From NCBI GenBank assembly GCA_028534125.1, contig CM052817.1, positions 2,854,001 through 2,918,000 on the forward strand: 64,000 nucleotides of DNA, in the 5' to 3' direction. The position numbers and the translations under genes are program-made. Position 1 is the stretch's first letter. Every line of letters begins with the position of its first letter. The notes under the pieces are model-generated. The model had not been told where the DNA came from and made no database searches. It saw only the letters and a list, made by a program, of their open reading frames with translations. Origin of the DNA: Lama glama. Its lineage: Eukaryota. Positions 63,820 to 64,000 of the stretch are shown here, one piece after another.

Positions 63820-64000
63820 TAAACTCCAAAGCAGGGGAGCCTACCCTGCTGTGACCAGAGGCTTTCTGAGAAGGTGGCCTTTGTTCAGAAACTTGAAACA
63901 CAGGTTTCAGTAAGTGGGCGTTGAAGGGAGCAAAGACTGGACACCTGTGGCCTGTGCTAGGGGCAGCTGTCATCCCCATGTGAGTGGACAGGGGGCTGCT

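Overview
This window is mammalian genomic DNA, not prokaryotic, and almost certainly camelid: a tRNA-derived SINE with the camelid-type tail and a perfect 16-bp target-site duplication lies at 63684-63819. It holds the 5' part of ABLIM2 (actin-binding LIM protein 2) on the + strand: a CpG-island promoter (~13.1-14.6 kb) and four coding exons (10, 144, 184 and 116 nt, all GT-AG and phase-compatible) that encode LIM domains 1 and 2. About 8 kb upstream is an intronless TUBA1C-type alpha-tubulin retrocopy. It keeps the 5'UTR and an unbroken frame wherever sequence is visible, but carries G142D in the GTP-binding signature and has no poly(A) tail. The rest is intronic or intergenic DNA with LTR (MER31/67-like, MER41-like, MLT1), L1, L2, MIR and hAT remnants, simple repeats, a 38-bp minisatellite and three N gaps. 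Nearly all ORFs in the supplied track are GC-rich noise. I found no convincing previously undescribed biological system. The best leads are the tubulin retrocopy, a CTCF site with its upstream motif, two short dispersed duplications, and a possible inversion splitting an L1. Gene and repeat names come from recalled consensus sequences, not from a database search.
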